A DNA stretch of 28,346 nucleotides, taken from positions 43,942 through 72,287 of the forward strand of contig NZ_FUWK01000008.1 in assembly GCF_900167395.1 (NCBI RefSeq). Reading direction: 5' to 3'. Made by a program: the position numbers and the translations under genes. This stretch comes from Nitrosomonas europaea (GTDB taxonomy: Bacteria; Pseudomonadota; Gammaproteobacteria; Burkholderiales; Nitrosomonadaceae). Numbering within the stretch: position 1 is the stretch's first letter; each line of letters begins with the position of its first letter. A model generated the notes under the pieces. That model searched no databases, had not been told where the DNA came from, and saw only the letters and a program-made list of their open reading frames with translations. Of this stretch, positions 16,921 through 27,121 are shown piece by piece.

Positions 16921-17893
16921 CCCGGCGGTGGATCTGATCCCTGCCAGGATTGGCCTGATTTACAACCCGCTGGGAGGCTGGTTTCGCAAGCATACTGCGC
17001 GGATGCAGAGTCTTCTGGCAACATTACCGGAAATTAGACAGATTCAGGCAACCGATCAGATCGAGTTTGAACGTGCTGTCACTGTCGTAGTTGAAGCGAA
17101 GATCGGGTGGCTGATCGTTGTGGGGGGAGATGGCACTCTGCAAGGGGTAATGAGTTGTCTGTTTGAGTGCCTGCCACCGGACAGGTGGCCGGAAATCACC
17201 ATCGTGCCCGCTGGAACGACCAACATGACCGCACTGGATCTGGGAATGAATGGGCAAGCCGAGCAGATTTTGTCCAGAATCAGGCAACATCTGCAACGAC
17301 CCGGTGACATGAAACAGGTACGAAGACCAGTGCTGCGTATCGAGCAGACCGGTATGAGGAATGTGTATGGAATGATGCTCGGTCTCGGCCTGATTGCGCG
17401 TGGCGTAAAATTTTCACGCAGTCAGATCAAGCAATTGGGAATGACCGGTAACATTTTTACTGTCGTGATCGTATTGCGTTCGCTAATAGGCATGTTTCTG
17501 GGGCGTCCGCAAGCCGAATGGGCTCCGGTACGTGTTGCCCAAATAGATGAAACAGGGGTGTTGAGCGAGAAAGTGTATCTGTTCGCACTCATCAGTGCGC
17601 TGGAGAAGCTATTGCTCGGCATTCGCCCCTATTGGGGGCAGGAACCGGCACCGCTGCATGCGACATTTATCGGGCAACACAGTCGGCGGTTCTGGCGCGC
17701 TATCTGGCCCCTGATCGCAGGGCGTGGTCACCATTTGCAGAAGGAAGACGGCTATACCAGCTATAACACGGCTTCGATCGAGCTGTGGCTGGATGATGAA
17801 TATATCGTGGATGGTGAGCTCTACTATGCTTCCAGCCGGAATGGTCCGCTGAAAATTACAGCCGATGGCCCGATTCTGTTCCGCATTTTATGA
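16892..17893 (+). CDS. Diacylglycerol-kinase catalytic-domain (DAGK_cat / YegS-like) lipid kinase
   Basis: IGLIYNPLGG ... LIVVGGDGTLQGV ... IVPAGTTNMTA match the DAGK_cat motifs. The start is uncertain: ATG 16892 overlaps the upstream gene by 29 nt, and GTG 16928 is an alternative. Confidence 0.7.
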   Translation: MSIPPQITSNPAVDLIPARIGLIYNPLGGWFRKHTARMQSLLATLPEIRQIQATDQIEFERAVTVVVEAKIGWLIVVGGDGTLQGVMSCLFECLPPDRWPEITIVPAGTTNMTALDLGMNGQAEQILSRIRQHLQRPGDMKQVRRPVLRIEQTGMRNVYGMMLGLGLIARGVKFSRSQIKQLGMTGNIFTVVIVLRSLIGMFLGRPQAEWAPVRVAQIDETGVLSEKVYLFALISALEKLLLGIRPYWGQEPAPLHATFIGQHSRRFWRAIWPLIAGRGHHLQKEDGYTSYNTASIELWLDDEYIVDGELYYASSRNGPLKITADGPILFRIL

Positions 17894-17907
17894 AAAAAGG
17901 AATATGA

Positions 17908-18873
17908 ATGGGTACCGCTGATTTACCAAATATCCTTGATCTTCTGATACAGGAAATTGCAATTCAGGATGCTCGACCTGTACATCCGGCATTTCAGGTT
18001 TTTACCGATGCATTGAGACAGCGTTTCGGAGAGGCACTGGATGCAGTCGTTTTATATGGCTCCTGTCTGCATACTTCTGATCTGACTGAGGGTATTGCCG
18101 ATTTTTATGTGCTGGTCAGTGATTACCGGCTGGCTTATTCCGGTCGTCTGCTGGCCGGTCTGAATGCCTGGCTGCCGCCGAATGTCTTTTATCTGGAAGT
18201 TCCCGCTGCAGCCGGTGTGATGCGTGCAAAGTATGCGGTTATTTCGACGGCAGACTTTGAACGTGGCGCCCGGCAGTGGTTTCATCCTTATATCTGGGCA
18301 CGTTTTGCACAGCCGGCCAGATTGCTTTATGCCCGCGACGATCAGACCGGGAAGCGTGTTCATACTGCGCAGGCGAGTGCCGTACTCAAATTCATCAGTA
18401 CGACGCTGCCTGTACTTGAATCCGGACCCAGTGACTTGGAGATGATCTGGGCATCCGGTTTGATGCTGACTTATGCCGCCGAGCTGCGTGCAGAGCGTGA
18501 AGCGCGCGCGCGTCATCTGGTGCGGATTGATCCGGAAATTTACAGCCGGCTGACTGCGGCGGCCATGCCTGCCTTGATTCCGCTGCTGAGTTTACAGGCT
18601 GACGGACGATATCATATCGGGCCGATCACACCACTGAAAAGGTTGAGTGCACGTATCCACTGGCGTTTGCGGCGCTGGCAGGGCCGAGTGCTGTCGGTTC
18701 TGCGGTTGAGCAAGGCGACGATGACTTTCCGGGATTGTCTGGATTATGCTGCCTGGAAAATTGAACGCCATACCGGCATCAAAGTGGAAATTACGCCTAT
18801 GCTGAGGCGTCATCCGATTCTCTGGGGTTATAAAGTCATGTGGCAATTACTGCGGCGTGGTGTGTTGCGTTGA
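17908..18873 (+). CDS. Tam41/Mmp37-like protein (candidate CdsA-independent phosphatidate cytidylyltransferase)
   Basis: Motif order matches yeast Tam41 as I recall it. VLYGSCLH corresponds to FGYGSGVF, ADFYVLV to IDIILGV, and NVFYLEV...AKYAVIS..DF to GVYFNPF...KYGVVS..L. W..PYIWARFAQPARLL corresponds to W...YLAGRLQKPVKIL. This is not verified by search. Confidence 0.45.
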   Translation: MGTADLPNILDLLIQEIAIQDARPVHPAFQVFTDALRQRFGEALDAVVLYGSCLHTSDLTEGIADFYVLVSDYRLAYSGRLLAGLNAWLPPNVFYLEVPAAAGVMRAKYAVISTADFERGARQWFHPYIWARFAQPARLLYARDDQTGKRVHTAQASAVLKFISTTLPVLESGPSDLEMIWASGLMLTYAAELRAEREARARHLVRIDPEIYSRLTAAAMPALIPLLSLQADGRYHIGPITPLKRLSARIHWRLRRWQGRVLSVLRLSKATMTFRDCLDYAAWKIERHTGIKVEITPMLRRHPILWGYKVMWQLLRRGVLR

Positions 18874-18925
18874 GCGGATGCAATATCCGGGTATTTGCCG
18901 GGAAATTCATTGGGGAGTGACGATC

Positions 18926-19573
18926 ATGAAGTATTCAATCCGGTTCTTTGCCGTAATTTTTGCGATTTTCCTAACGGCCTGTTCCACCATGTATTACAGT
19001 GGACTCGAAAAAATCGGTATCCCGAAGCGGGATGTGCTGGTTTATCGGGTGGAGAAAGCAAGAGATACGCAGGAAGAAACCCGAGAGCAATTCAAATCTG
19101 CTCTGGAGCAGTTTTCTGCTGCTACCAATTTCAAAGGAGGGGATCTTGAGGGGATTTATAAAAAACTGAACGGTGAGTATGAGGCGAGTGTGAACAAAGC
19201 AAAGGAAGTCAGAAGTCGTATCGAGGATATCGAAAACGTCTCAGCTGCATTATTCAGAGAGTGGGAGCAGGAAATCACGCAATATTCAAATCCGGCATTG
19301 AAACGGAGCAGTCAGGACAGGCTGACTGAGACCAGGTCGTATTACAAGCAGCTCATTGCGGCCATGAAAAACGCAGAATCGAGGATACAGCCCGTATTGA
19401 CCGTTTTCAACGATCAGGTCATGTACCTCAAGCATAATCTCAATGCCCGGGCAATCGCCTCATTGAAAGGTGAATTGAAAACATTGCAATCGAATGTTTC
19501 GACTCTGGTTGCTGCAATGGAAAAATCCATCAACGAAGCTAATACATTTATCAGCAATATGGAGAAAAACTAG
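18926..19573 (+). CDS. DUF2959-family lipoprotein
   Basis: ATG at 18926 with GGGGAG upstream. The lipobox is FLTAC. YYSGLEKIGIPKRDVLVYRVEKARDTQEE..EQFKSALEQF matches the DUF2959 N-terminal pattern. The remainder is coiled-coil-rich. Confidence 0.65.
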   Translation: MKYSIRFFAVIFAIFLTACSTMYYSGLEKIGIPKRDVLVYRVEKARDTQEETREQFKSALEQFSAATNFKGGDLEGIYKKLNGEYEASVNKAKEVRSRIEDIENVSAALFREWEQEITQYSNPALKRSSQDRLTETRSYYKQLIAAMKNAESRIQPVLTVFNDQVMYLKHNLNARAIASLKGELKTLQSNVSTLVAAMEKSINEANTFISNMEKN

Positions 19574-19590
19574 GCAGTAACTGCTTATGG

Positions 19591-20046
19591 CTATTTGCGG
19601 CGGCTGTTCGCCAGCAAAGCTGCGAGAGAAGATTGAAGTGGAGACCCTGCCGGCAGTGAGTCGGATAGCTTGTCCAGATGTTCGATTGCAGTCTGACTCA
19701 GTGAACGTGTGATTTCGCGAACATTTCCGGATTCCAGGGAATGTAACTGTGGTTGGATGGAAAACCTGATATTCTCAACCTTGACGCCAGCATTGTTCAT
19801 TTTTTGCCGGATCGATGGAGCAAGGTGGCGTAACCGGGTGGCGGTGGTGCCATTACCTGCATAAATGACTAAGAGCCCGTCAGCGGTATATTGACCCACT
19901 GTACACTGATTTCTCAATTGGAAAGGAACGGCATTCAGCAGATGTTTTTGTACTTGTGCGAGATGCTCTGCTCTGGCAAATAACCGGCCATAATCGGGTG
20001 TGTTACCAAGAGCTGCCAGAAAGTTGTTCAGATTGAGGATGGGCAC
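19591..20046 (-). CDS. dciA: DUF721 / DciA-like protein (replicative helicase operator family)
   Basis: The pattern LAQVQKHL......LRNQCTVGQYTADGLLVIYAGNGTTATRLRHLAPSIRQKM...V..IRFSIQP fits DUF721. It is divergent from secA, as in many proteobacteria. Confidence 0.65.
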   Translation of the reverse strand: MPILNLNNFLAALGNTPDYGRLFARAEHLAQVQKHLLNAVPFQLRNQCTVGQYTADGLLVIYAGNGTTATRLRHLAPSIRQKMNNAGVKVENIRFSIQPQLHSLESGNVREITRSLSQTAIEHLDKLSDSLPAGSPLQSSLAALLANSRRK

Positions 20047-20563
20047 GTTGCTTCACCTTTTGGGGTCGTATGAATTCGAATGATGCAAACAGGAAATCAA
20101 GGTGTTGTTCGGACAGGTTTCAGGGTAAAAGGTTTGCAGGAAAGTGGGTGCCGTGGAGTCTGGTGCGACGTGAATCTGATATCGAGACGGCTTTTGTCTG
20201 TTCTGTTTACCATTTCGATTATGGTAGTATGACTGGGTTTTGCTATCCCGACAACGGGGCAAGTTACAGCAGCAAGTGTTCATCTTGGCTGCGAAGTGTT
20301 AACCGGTAAACAAAAAATGCAAACTATCCGCACTTCGCACATTACATTATTAAGTGCGCTGAACCCAAAGACATAATGTTGTATCACTCATCTCTTGCAC
20401 AGACGCATTCATTCGTATCATTGACAGTGTTTTCCAGATCGGGCCGCAAGCCGGCTCACAAACAGCAGCCTCCAGTATTCTTCTGTTATGAAATGGATCA
20501 AATTCGGCAGATGATCTGTAATACAGTACGTTTCTACATTAATAGACAAACAACTAATTTCCC

Positions 20564-23293
20564 ATGCTGAGTAATTTACTAAAGAGTATTTTTGGCAGCC
20601 GTAACGACCGGCTGATAAAACAGTATTTGAAGATCGTTCGCACCATCAATGAGCTGGAAGCCGCGATTTCACCACTGTCAGATGAGGAATTGCGCGCCAA
20701 GACAAGTGAGTTCAAACAGCGTGTCGCAAACGGAGAGAAGCTGGATCAGTTGTTGCCCGAAGCATTTGCCGTGGTCAGAGAAGCGGGAAAGCGTGTGCTG
20801 GGTATGCGCCATTTCGATGTACAGTTGATCGGTGGCATGGTTCTGCATGAAGGAAAAATTGCCGAGATGCGTACCGGTGAGGGAAAAACGCTGATGGCGA
20901 CGTTGCCGACCTATCTGAATGCACTATCGGGCAAAGGAGTGCATATCGTTACGGTCAATGATTATCTGGCAAAGCGTGATGCGGAATGGATGGGGCAGAT
21001 TTACCGCTTTCTCGGGCTGACTGTCGGCGTGGTGCTGTCACAAATGCCTCATGAGGAAAAACAGGCTGCTTATGCCGCAGATATAACCTACGGCACGAAC
21101 AATGAATATGGCTTTGATTATCTGCGTGACAATATGGTGGGACATAGCGCGGAACGGGTACAGCGCGTGCTGAATTTTGCAATTGTGGATGAGGTCGATT
21201 CGATTCTGATCGATGAAGCTCGCACGCCGCTCATTATTTCCGGTATGGCTGAGGGTGATACCGAAATCTATAAACGTATCGATACATTGATTCCCGGGTT
21301 GACCCGGCAGGAGGATGAAAAAAGTCCCGGTGATTACAGTGTGGATGAAAAAACTCAGCAGGTATTGCTGAGCGAGGAAGGATTCGAGCATGCCGAAAAA
21401 TTGCTGAGTGAAGCGGGTTTGCTGTCTGCCGGATCCAGTCTGTATGATCCGATGAATGTCAGTCTGATTCATCATCTCAATGCTGCATTGCGTGCGCGGG
21501 CACTGTACAACCGTGATCAGCATTACGTCGTACAGAATGGCGAAGTTATTATCGTTGACGAGTTTACGGGCCGTCTGATGCCGGGAAGGCGATGGTCAGA
21601 AGGTTTGCACCAGGCCGTTGAAGCCAAGGAAAACGTTCCGATTCAGAAAGAAAACCAGACTCTGGCATCCATTACCTTCCAGAATTATTTCCGGATGTAT
21701 GAAAAACTTGCCGGCATGACCGGTACTGCCGATACGGAAGCATTCGAGTTCCAACAGATTTACGGACTGGAGACAGTCGTGATTCCTACCCATCGCCCAA
21801 TGACACGGGAAGATCGTATGGATCAGGTTTTTCGTACACCTCAGGAAAAGTATCAGGCAATCATTGCAGATATCAAGGATTGTTACGAGCGTAAACAGCC
21901 TGTTCTGGTGGGAACGACCTCAATCGAAAATAATGAATTGCTTGCAGCTCTTCTGACAAAGGAGAAATTGCCTCATCAGGTGCTCAATGCCAAACAGCAT
22001 GCCAGAGAAGCCGATATCATTGCTCAGGCAGGGCAGCCAAAGATGGTAACCATCGCGACCAATATGGCTGGTCGGGGAACGGACATCGTCCTGGGTGGAA
22101 ATCCGGAGCAGGAGATCAACCGTATCCGGGCAGATGAAACGCTCGATGAAGCCGCCAAAAGTAAAAAAATAGAAGAAATTCATCAGGCGTGGCAGGCCAG
22201 ACATGATGAAGTGATCAAATTGGGCGGGTTACATATTATCGGTACCGAACGGCATGAATCACGCCGGATCGATAATCAGCTGCGCGGACGTGCCGGTCGG
22301 CAGGGGGATCCGGGTTCCAGTCGTTTTTATTTGTCTCTGGAGGATCCGCTCTTGCGTATTTTTTCTTCGGACAGAGTCGCGAATATCATGACGCGCCTCA
22401 AAATGCCGGAAGGAGAAGCAATCGAGCATCCTTGGGTGACACGTGCGATAGAAAATGCCCAGAGAAAGGTTGAAGCCCGAAATTTTGATATCCGCAAGCA
22501 GTTGCTGGAATACGATGATGTGGCCAACGATCAGCGCAAGGTGATTTACCAGCAGCGCAACGAACTGCTGGATGCTGAGCAGGGTGTTTCAGAAACGATC
22601 AGCGCTATTCGTGAGAGCGTGGTACATCAGCTCATCGATCGTTATATTCCTGAACAGAGTATCGAAGAACAGTGGGATATTCCGGGGCTGGAAAAAGCAC
22701 TGGCCAGCGAATTTCATCTGCAAATTCCTCTCCAGAAATGGCTGGAGGAAGATAGTGAGCTGCATGAAGAAAATCTGCATGACCGTATCATAGAGCTGGT
22801 GGATACGAGCTATCTGAACAAGGTTGAACAGGTGGGTGCGCCTATCATGCATCAATATGAGCGGATGATCATGCTGCACAGTATAGATACACACTGGCGT
22901 GAGCACCTGGCTGCACTGGATCATTTGCGGCAGGGGATCCATTTACGCGGCTATGCACAGCAGAATCCCAAACAGGAGTATAAACGGGAGGCTTTTGAGC
23001 TGTTCACCAGTATGCTCGATGCCATTAAAGCCGATGTGACAAAAATTCTCATGACGGTACAGATTCGCAGTGAACAGCAGGTTGAATCAGTTGCGGAAAC
23101 ATCAGCACTCAGAAATCTGGAATACCATCATGATACTCACAGTGAACTGGCGGAAGAGCAGCCACCAGTAGCAGAAAACCGCGAGAACAAGCAGCAGCCA
23201 TTTGTCCGTAAAAATGAGAAAGTCGGGCGGAATGATCCCTGTCCTTGCGGGTCAGGCAAAAAATACAAGCAATGTCATGGTAAATTGAACTAG
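20564..23293 (+). CDS. secA: Preprotein translocase ATPase SecA
   Basis: 909 aa. Motifs include MRTGEGKTL (Walker A), [20 protein letters not shown] (DEAD-like) and [10 protein letters not shown]. The C-terminal zinc motif is [14 protein letters not shown]. Confidence 0.97.
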   Translation: MLSNLLKSIFGSRNDRLIKQYLKIVRTINELEAAISPLSDEELRAKTSEFKQRVANGEKLDQLLPEAFAVVREAGKRVLGMRHFDVQLIGGMVLHEGKIAEMRTGEGKTLMATLPTYLNALSGKGVHIVTVNDYLAKRDAEWMGQIYRFLGLTVGVVLSQMPHEEKQAAYAADITYGTNNEYGFDYLRDNMVGHSAERVQRVLNFAIVDEVDSILIDEARTPLIISGMAEGDTEIYKRIDTLIPGLTRQEDEKSPGDYSVDEKTQQVLLSEEGFEHAEKLLSEAGLLSAGSSLYDPMNVSLIHHLNAALRARALYNRDQHYVVQNGEVIIVDEFTGRLMPGRRWSEGLHQAVEAKENVPIQKENQTLASITFQNYFRMYEKLAGMTGTADTEAFEFQQIYGLETVVIPTHRPMTREDRMDQVFRTPQEKYQAIIADIKDCYERKQPVLVGTTSIENNELLAALLTKEKLPHQVLNAKQHAREADIIAQAGQPKMVTIATNMAGRGTDIVLGGNPEQEINRIRADETLDEAAKSKKIEEIHQAWQARHDEVIKLGGLHIIGTERHESRRIDNQLRGRAGRQGDPGSSRFYLSLEDPLLRIFSSDRVANIMTRLKMPEGEAIEHPWVTRAIENAQRKVEARNFDIRKQLLEYDDVANDQRKVIYQQRNELLDAEQGVSETISAIRESVVHQLIDRYIPEQSIEEQWDIPGLEKALASEFHLQIPLQKWLEEDSELHEENLHDRIIELVDTSYLNKVEQVGAPIMHQYERMIMLHSIDTHWREHLAALDHLRQGIHLRGYAQQNPKQEYKREAFELFTSMLDAIKADVTKILMTVQIRSEQQVESVAETSALRNLEYHHDTHSELAEEQPPVAENRENKQQPFVRKNEKVGRNDPCPCGSGKKYKQCHGKLN

Positions 23294-23469
23294 TTTGTGT
23301 AAGCTTGGCAATCAATCTATCTCAGTGGACACAGACTGTGCTAGAATGGCCCCCCTTATAGGATTACCACTTTGAGAACTAACGTGCTCAGGTATTGATT
23401 TTGTTTTTGGTTTGTTAATTAAGTGCGTTGCTGGTTGACGGGAAATTAATGAAATGGAATTGTTAGAAA

Positions 23470-24075
23470 ATGACAGATAGTGGCGATAACGGAAAGATGA
23501 GCGGGCGCCGCCGCTTTTTACTGGTGGCTACTTCGGTTGCTGGTGCGGTTGCTGGTGCGGGTGTGGCGACACCCTTTTTACGCAGCATGATGCCAAGTGA
23601 GCGTGCCAAAGCTGCAGGAGCACCGGTCGAAGTGGATATCAGCAAACTGGAGCCGGGTATGTTGTTGACGGCTGAGTGGCGGGGAAAGGTTGTCTGGGTA
23701 CTCAAGCGCACCCCTGAAATGCTGGATAACCTGGAAAAATTGAATAGCCAGCTGGCTGACCCTGATTCACAACGGGATCAGCAGCCTCCTTATGCGCAGA
23801 ACCATACAAGATCGATCAAACCTGAGATATTGGTCGTTCTGGGAGTTTGTACTCATCTGGGATGTTCACCTGTATATCGAAAAGATATCGCACCTGCTGA
23901 TTTGGGTTCAGACTGGCTGGGAGGATTCTTCTGCCCTTGTCACGGATCCAAATTCGATTTGGCCGGGCGTGTCTACAAGAGTGTTCCTGCCCCTTCCAAT
24001 CTGGTAGTACCTCCTTATACCTATTTGAGTGACAACCGGCTTTTGGTCGGTTCAGACAGTAAAGAGTCCGCCTAA
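23470..24075 (+). CDS. petA: Ubiquinol-cytochrome c reductase Rieske iron-sulfur subunit
   Basis: The twin-arginine signal is GRRRFLL. The Rieske boxes are CTHLGCSP and CPCHGSKFD. Confidence 0.95.
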   Translation: MTDSGDNGKMSGRRRFLLVATSVAGAVAGAGVATPFLRSMMPSERAKAAGAPVEVDISKLEPGMLLTAEWRGKVVWVLKRTPEMLDNLEKLNSQLADPDSQRDQQPPYAQNHTRSIKPEILVVLGVCTHLGCSPVYRKDIAPADLGSDWLGGFFCPCHGSKFDLAGRVYKSVPAPSNLVVPPYTYLSDNRLLVGSDSKESA

Positions 24076-24076
24076 A

Positions 24077-25324
24077 ATGAGTAAACAGCAAAATTCAATG
24101 ATGGAATGGATAGACAAGCGCTTTCCTTTGACAATCACCTGGAAAGCGCATCTGTCCGAGTATTACGCTCCCAAGAATTTCAACTTCTGGTATTACTTTG
24201 GGTCACTGGCACTGCTTGTGCTGGTCAACCAGCTGCTGACAGGTATTTTTCTGACCATGAATTACAAACCTGATGCGGGAATGGCATTTGCATCAGTCGA
24301 GTACATCATGCGTGATGTGGATTTTGGATGGTTGATCCGGTACATGCATTCGACAGGGGCTTCCATGTTTTTCGTGGTGGTTTACCTGCACATGTTCCGC
24401 GGGATGATGTACGGATCTTACCGGAAGCCACGTGAATTGCTGTGGCTGATCGGGATGGCCATCTTCTTCGTACTGATGAGCATGGCGTTTACCGGATATA
24501 TTCTTCCATGGGGACAGATGTCCTATTGGGGAGCGCAGGTGATTGTCAGTATGTTTGGAGCGATACCGGTTATCGGAGATACGCTTTCAAACTGGATTCT
24601 TGGCGATTTCATGTTGTCGGATGCAGCTTTGAACCGGTTTTTTGCTTACCATGTGGTTACATTGCCGGTATTGATCGTCGTGCTGGTGTTCGTGCATATC
24701 ATTGCTTTACATGAAACTGGTTCCAACAACCCGGATGGTATCGAAATCAAAGCTAACAAAGATCCGCATACCGGATTGCCGGTCGATGGCATACCGTTTC
24801 ATCCGTATTACACGGTCAAGGATATTTTTGGAGTGGTCGGGTTTCTGATCGTATTCTGCGGAATCATTTTCTTTGCACCGGAGATGGGCGGGTATTTCCT
24901 GGAAGACAACAACTTTATTCCAGCCAATCCTTTACATACTCCCGATCATATTGCACCGGTATGGTATTTCACACCGTATTATTCGATGCTGCGTGCAGTT
25001 ACGGTAAATTTCCTGGGGGTGGATGCCAAGTTATGGGGCGTGATTCTGATGGCAGCATCAGTAGTCATATTCTGTTTTCTGCCCTGGCTCGATCGCAGCC
25101 CGGTTAAATCGATCCGCTATAAGGGTCCATATTTCAAATTTGCGTTGACCCTCTTTGTGATTAGCTTTTTTGTTCTTGGATGGCTGGGTACTAAGTCTCC
25201 AACCCCGCTGTATACATTGCTGGCACAAATTTTTACTGTAATTTATTTTGCTTTCTTCCTCCTGATGCCGTGGTACAGCAAAATAGACAAAACTAAACCA
25301 GAACCGAAGAATGTAACAAAATGA
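24077..25324 (+). CDS. petB: Cytochrome b
   Basis: ATG at 24077 lies 1 nt after the petA stop. Motifs are MEWIDKRFPL, IRYMHSTGASMFF and PEWYF-like APVWYFTPYY. Multiple TM helices are present. Confidence 0.95.
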   Translation: MSKQQNSMMEWIDKRFPLTITWKAHLSEYYAPKNFNFWYYFGSLALLVLVNQLLTGIFLTMNYKPDAGMAFASVEYIMRDVDFGWLIRYMHSTGASMFFVVVYLHMFRGMMYGSYRKPRELLWLIGMAIFFVLMSMAFTGYILPWGQMSYWGAQVIVSMFGAIPVIGDTLSNWILGDFMLSDAALNRFFAYHVVTLPVLIVVLVFVHIIALHETGSNNPDGIEIKANKDPHTGLPVDGIPFHPYYTVKDIFGVVGFLIVFCGIIFFAPEMGGYFLEDNNFIPANPLHTPDHIAPVWYFTPYYSMLRAVTVNFLGVDAKLWGVILMAASVVIFCFLPWLDRSPVKSIRYKGPYFKFALTLFVISFFVLGWLGTKSPTPLYTLLAQIFTVIYFAFFLLMPWYSKIDKTKPEPKNVTK

Positions 25325-26025
25325 GAATGATAAAATTTTTACTGCTGGCCATATTGTTGGCTCCGTTTGTCGCACATTCTTCCGGTCAGGAAGTTAAGTT
25401 GGACAAAGCTCCTATAGACAGAGCTGATAAGGAATCTCTGCAGCGCGGGGCCAAAGGTTTCGTGGAATACTGTCTCACTTGCCACGGTGCCAATTTCATG
25501 CGTTTTAACCGCCATCATGATATCGGGATGAGTGAGGATGATATTCGTGCTGATCTTATCCATACCGGGCAAAAGACGGGTGATCTCATGGAAGCAGCAA
25601 TGAGAAAGAAAGAGGCTGAGGGATGGTTTGGTGTAGTACCTCCCGATCTATCCGTCATTGCTCGAGCTCGTGGAGCGGATTGGCTGTACACCTACTTGCG
25701 TACTTTTTATCAGGATACTTCAACCTATAGTGGCTGGAACAACCTGATTTTTGACAAAGTTGCCATGCCCCATGTCCTGCACCATCTACAGGGATGGCAG
25801 GTGCTCGAACCCGGGACCGGAAATCTGGTGCAAACAAAGCCAGGTACAATGACCAAAGAGGAATACGATAGATTCGTGGCCGATTTGGTGAATTATATGG
25901 TTTACCTGGGTGAACCGCATGCACCTTATCGTAGGGAACTTGGAATTACTGTGCTGTTGTTCCTGTTTGGTATGCTGGGACTAACCTATCTACTCAAGAA
26001 AGAATACTGGAGAGATATACATTGA
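25321..26025 (+). CDS. petC: Cytochrome c1
   Basis: The ATGA overlap with petB suggests translational coupling. It has a signal peptide, the heme motif CLTCHG, PPDLS, and a C-terminal TM anchor. Confidence 0.9.
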   Translation: MRMIKFLLLAILLAPFVAHSSGQEVKLDKAPIDRADKESLQRGAKGFVEYCLTCHGANFMRFNRHHDIGMSEDDIRADLIHTGQKTGDLMEAAMRKKEAEGWFGVVPPDLSVIARARGADWLYTYLRTFYQDTSTYSGWNNLIFDKVAMPHVLHHLQGWQVLEPGTGNLVQTKPGTMTKEEYDRFVADLVNYMVYLGEPHAPYRRELGITVLLFLFGMLGLTYLLKKEYWRDIH

Positions 26026-26073
26026 GCTCCTCAAAGTCAGTTTCTGTGTAACCAGTTTCGTCTGACAGAAGCT

Positions 26074-26673
26074 ATGATGACATTGTATTCAACGGCAACT
26101 TGCCCTTTCAGTCACCGGTGCCGTATCGTATTGCACGAAAAGGATATGGATTTTCAGGTTATTGATGTCGATCCCAACAACATACCTGAGGATATTGCTG
26201 TAATCAGTTCTTACAGTAAAGTACCCATTTTGGTCGAAAGAGATCTCGTACTGTACGAAGCAAACATCATCAATGAGTATATTGATGATCGTTTCCCGCA
26301 TCCGCAACTCATGCCTGCGGAGCCGGTGATGCGAGCTCGTGCAAGACTATTGCTGCACCGGTTCGAGAAAGAGCTTTTCTGCCATATAGAATCTCTGGAA
26401 CAGGGAGATCATAAAACAGCAGATAAAGCACGTGCGGAGATAGCGGACGGGCTGACAATGATTGCTCCTATCTTCGAGAAGCAGAAATACATGCTTGGGG
26501 ATGAATATACCATGCTGGATGTGGCGATTGCTCCCTTGTTATGGCGACTTGATCACTATGGTGTCAAGCTGCCAAAGCAGGCGGCACCATTGCTGAAATA
26601 TGCCGAGCGGCTTTTCAGTAGACCCTTGTTTATTGATGCATTGACTCCATCTGAGAAGTTGATGCGTAAATGA
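26074..26673 (+). CDS. sspA: Stringent starvation protein A (GST-fold)
   Basis: MTLYS...CPFSHRCRIVLHEKDM.F..IDVD is the typical SspA N-terminus. It lies immediately upstream of sspB and downstream of petABC. Confidence 0.9.
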   Translation: MMTLYSTATCPFSHRCRIVLHEKDMDFQVIDVDPNNIPEDIAVISSYSKVPILVERDLVLYEANIINEYIDDRFPHPQLMPAEPVMRARARLLLHRFEKELFCHIESLEQGDHKTADKARAEIADGLTMIAPIFEKQKYMLGDEYTMLDVAIAPLLWRLDHYGVKLPKQAAPLLKYAERLFSRPLFIDALTPSEKLMRK

Positions 26674-27104
26674 GCGATGTTTCTTCAATCAAGCCTTATT
26701 TAATACGTGCAGTACACCAGTGGTGTACCGACAACATGAACTGCCCGCATGTTTCGGTACTGGAGAGCGGTTGCTCGGGTATTCCTGCCGAATTATTCAA
26801 GGATGGAGAAATAATACTCAATATAAGTTACCAGGCAACAAGTGACTTGCTGATCGATAATGAAACGATTCAATTTGTAGCACGCTTTAACGGAGTATCA
26901 AGGAAAGTCGAGATTATGATTGGAGCGGTGATTGCCATATTTGCCAGAGAATCAGGTCAGGGGCTTACTTTTACTCCGGAGATCAGTAAAACAGCTGTTG
27001 CTGATAAACAGGAAGGTGACGTGGATCACGCTGTTTCACAGGATAGCCAGGTTTTATCCATTGAAGGTAAACGGGGTAAACCTTCTCTGAAAATCATAAA
27101 GTAG
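26670..27104 (+). CDS. sspB: ClpXP specificity-enhancing factor SspB
   Basis: KPYLIRAVHQWCTDN is the SspB signature. The C-terminal tail KPSLKIIK resembles the ClpX-binding tail. The start overlaps the sspA stop (ATGA). Confidence 0.9.
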   Translation: MSDVSSIKPYLIRAVHQWCTDNMNCPHVSVLESGCSGIPAELFKDGEIILNISYQATSDLLIDNETIQFVARFNGVSRKVEIMIGAVIAIFARESGQGLTFTPEISKTAVADKQEGDVDHAVSQDSQVLSIEGKRGKPSLKIIK

Positions 27105-27121
27105 TTCGATTCTTTCCATTT

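Noticed and set aside
20053-20309. Small ORFs on both strands (76 aa minus, 79 aa plus) in the dciA-secA spacer
   Set aside because: Their Cys/Arg/Asn-rich composition looks random. They mutually overlap and have no RBS or motifs.
20376-20570. 64-aa upstream ORF overlapping the secA start by 7 nt, considered as a SecM-like arrest or leader peptide
   Set aside because: It has no Shine-Dalgarno sequence before its ATG and no signal peptide. It has no recognisable arrest motif, and its composition looks non-coding. It remains mentioned only as part of the long-leader observation.
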